In this document: positions 62,684 through 64,000 of the stretch, one piece after another | Position numbering within the stretch: the stretch's first letter is position 1 | Layout of the letters: each line of letters begins with the position of its first letter | Notes under the pieces: generated by a model | Told to the model about the DNA's origin: nothing | Databases searched by the model: none | What the model saw: only the letters and a program-made list of their open reading frames with translations | Position numbers and translations under genes: made by a program | DNA from: Sarcophilus harrisii | Taxonomy: Eukaryota | Reading direction: 5' to 3' | Assembly (NCBI GenBank): GCA_048593225.1 | Contig: CM109175.1 | Span: forward strand, 261,415,655-261,479,654 | DNA: 64,000 nucleotides

Positions 62684-62780
62684 AATTCAACAATAACAAG
62701 TATTATATCATCCAGCTGCTGGAAGATGACGGACAGAGAAACTTCAGTGTCTGGATGAGATGGGGCCGAGGTAATGGCTA
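62684..62780 (+). CDS. PARP2: PARP2 exon, WGR domain: TNLQFNNNKYYIIQLLEDDGQRNFSVWMRWGR(V)
   Basis: Acceptor ggttgtag| and donor G|gtaatg. Human TNLQFNNNKYYLIQLLEDDAQRNFSVWMRWGR. Confidence 0.92.
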
Positions 62781-63306
62781 TAGTAGGGGATTTGAGAGCA
62801 GGGAATTCAACATTTGAAAAGCTGGAAAGACAATTTGCCAATAACTGAAGGATTTCTGGGCTAGAATTGATCGTGTGGGAATCCTGAAGGGTAGGAGTGA
62901 TGTAAAAAACAATCTGGGTTTCTTGTGGAAAGAAATATAATACCTCCTCCTGAGGTGGAAGTGCAAAGAAAGGCAGTACCCTTCTCAAGAAATTTCTATC
63001 CTGTAGCATCCAAGAGGACTCTATCAAAATTAAGAGTAATTTGGAAGTTAGATTTGAGTCTTACTCTCTTTTATTGACAAGATATATATATATATATTAT
63101 TTCTATTAACGAAATCAAGACATCCCTAAACTCTTCCTGATTCCTTAAATTCTGTAATTTGTTTGTTCCCTTCAACCATTGTGGTCTGCTTTTTGCCCAC
63201 AGTGAATAGCAGTCATGAAGAATAATGTTTTTCTTGGTCTTAAGCAATTGTATAGTGCTAGAGCTTCTCTGAAGGACTGATATTCTCATTGGCATTTCCT
63301 TTGCAG

Positions 63307-63382
63307 TTGGGAAAGTTGGACAGCACAGTTTGGTGACCTGTTCTGGAGACCTCAACAAAGCCAAGGAAATATTTCAGAAGAA
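63307..63382 (+). CDS. PARP2: PARP2 exon, WGR domain: (V)GKVGQHSLVTCSGDLNKAKEIFQK(K)
   Basis: Acceptor tttgcag| and donor AA|gtgagt. Human VGKMGQHSLVACSGNLNKAKEIFQKK. Confidence 0.92.
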
Positions 63383-63930
63383 GTGAGTGGCCTAGCAAGT
63401 GGGCAGGAATGTATCCTCCAAAACATCTCTTCTTTTAACTAAGATATCTTCTTAGTCAAGTAGAAATGATCAGCTTTACCTCTCTGAAGCTTATTAAAGA
63501 GACCATAAAATTCAAGAATGTGGCATAGGGGTGGATTATTTGGGAAGGCAAGGGGAAAAGGAAACTTCCAGTATCTGGAGAATATCTAACTAGACATTAG
63601 ATCTAGTCACTTTCCTCCTTCCCATCAAAAATATATGCCAAGACCTTTAGAAATAGCTATCAGGACAGAAAAATGGGAGCATTTTTAGTGATTAATGTAC
63701 ATATACATTGAAAACCCTTAGGATTCTATTCATCCCTCTAAGTTCTCTCTCTTTACTGGGCTTTTCCATCCCTCCAGAATCCTTGAGGTTTTATGGGAAA
63801 GTGATGTATGAGAGTATTTGATACAGTAAGTGTGGCTTTGTAAGAACGCAAAGTTGTTCTGCCAGGACTGCTGAAGATGTTCTTGTAGCATCTTCCAAGG
63901 GATTTACTCCCTTCTCCTTTGAAACTACAG

Positions 63931-64000
63931 ATTTTTTGACAAAACAAAGAATAGTTGGGAAGATCGTGGCAGCTTTGAGAAAGTCCCTGGGAAATATGAT
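63931..64000 (+). CDS. PARP2: PARP2 exon (partial, runs off the window): (K)FFDKTKNSWEDRGSFEKVPGKYD…
   Basis: Acceptor gaaactacag|. Human KFLDKTKNNWEDREKFEKVPGKYD. The gene continues beyond 64000. Confidence 0.9.

Overview
This 64 kb window is mammalian, almost certainly marsupial, and is orthologous to human 14q11.2. The species call rests on many SINE1_Mdo/MIR-type tRNA-derived SINEs and opossum-like L1 3' ends. The window holds five protein-coding genes and one Pol III RNA gene. In order they are PIP4P1/TMEM55B (+, 7 coding exons, 2553-5527), APEX1 (-, 4 coding exons, 6438-7960) convergent with PIP4P1, OSGEP (+, 11 coding exons, 8939-13954) sharing a ~1 kb bidirectional CpG promoter with APEX1, KLHL33 (+, 4 coding exons, 24647-31253), then a ~19 kb repeat-rich gap, then RPPH1 (RNase P RNA, -, ~50486-50837) sharing a compact bidirectional promoter with PARP2 (+, from 51087, running off the window end). 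The most notable feature is a three-exon, frame-neutral cassette (501 nt) between PARP2 exon 1 and its basic N-terminal exon. This cassette encodes two tandem WWE (iso-ADP-ribose/PAR-binding) domains, an architecture I have not seen described for PARP2. Other points of interest: TEP1 is absent between KLHL33 and PARP2, and PARP2 lies in the same orientation as KLHL33, implying an inversion relative to human. The OSGEP exon 8/9 junction cannot be reconciled with the conserved GGVGCN motif under canonical splicing. There are two copies of a ~185 bp hAT-like MITE, each with exact 8 bp target-site duplications. The PIP4P1 promoter carries a CCAAT/CACGTG (CLEAR-like) module array. KLHL33 has a tandem-BTB N-terminus. 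All exon coordinates come from manual splice-site and homology reasoning without alignment tools.
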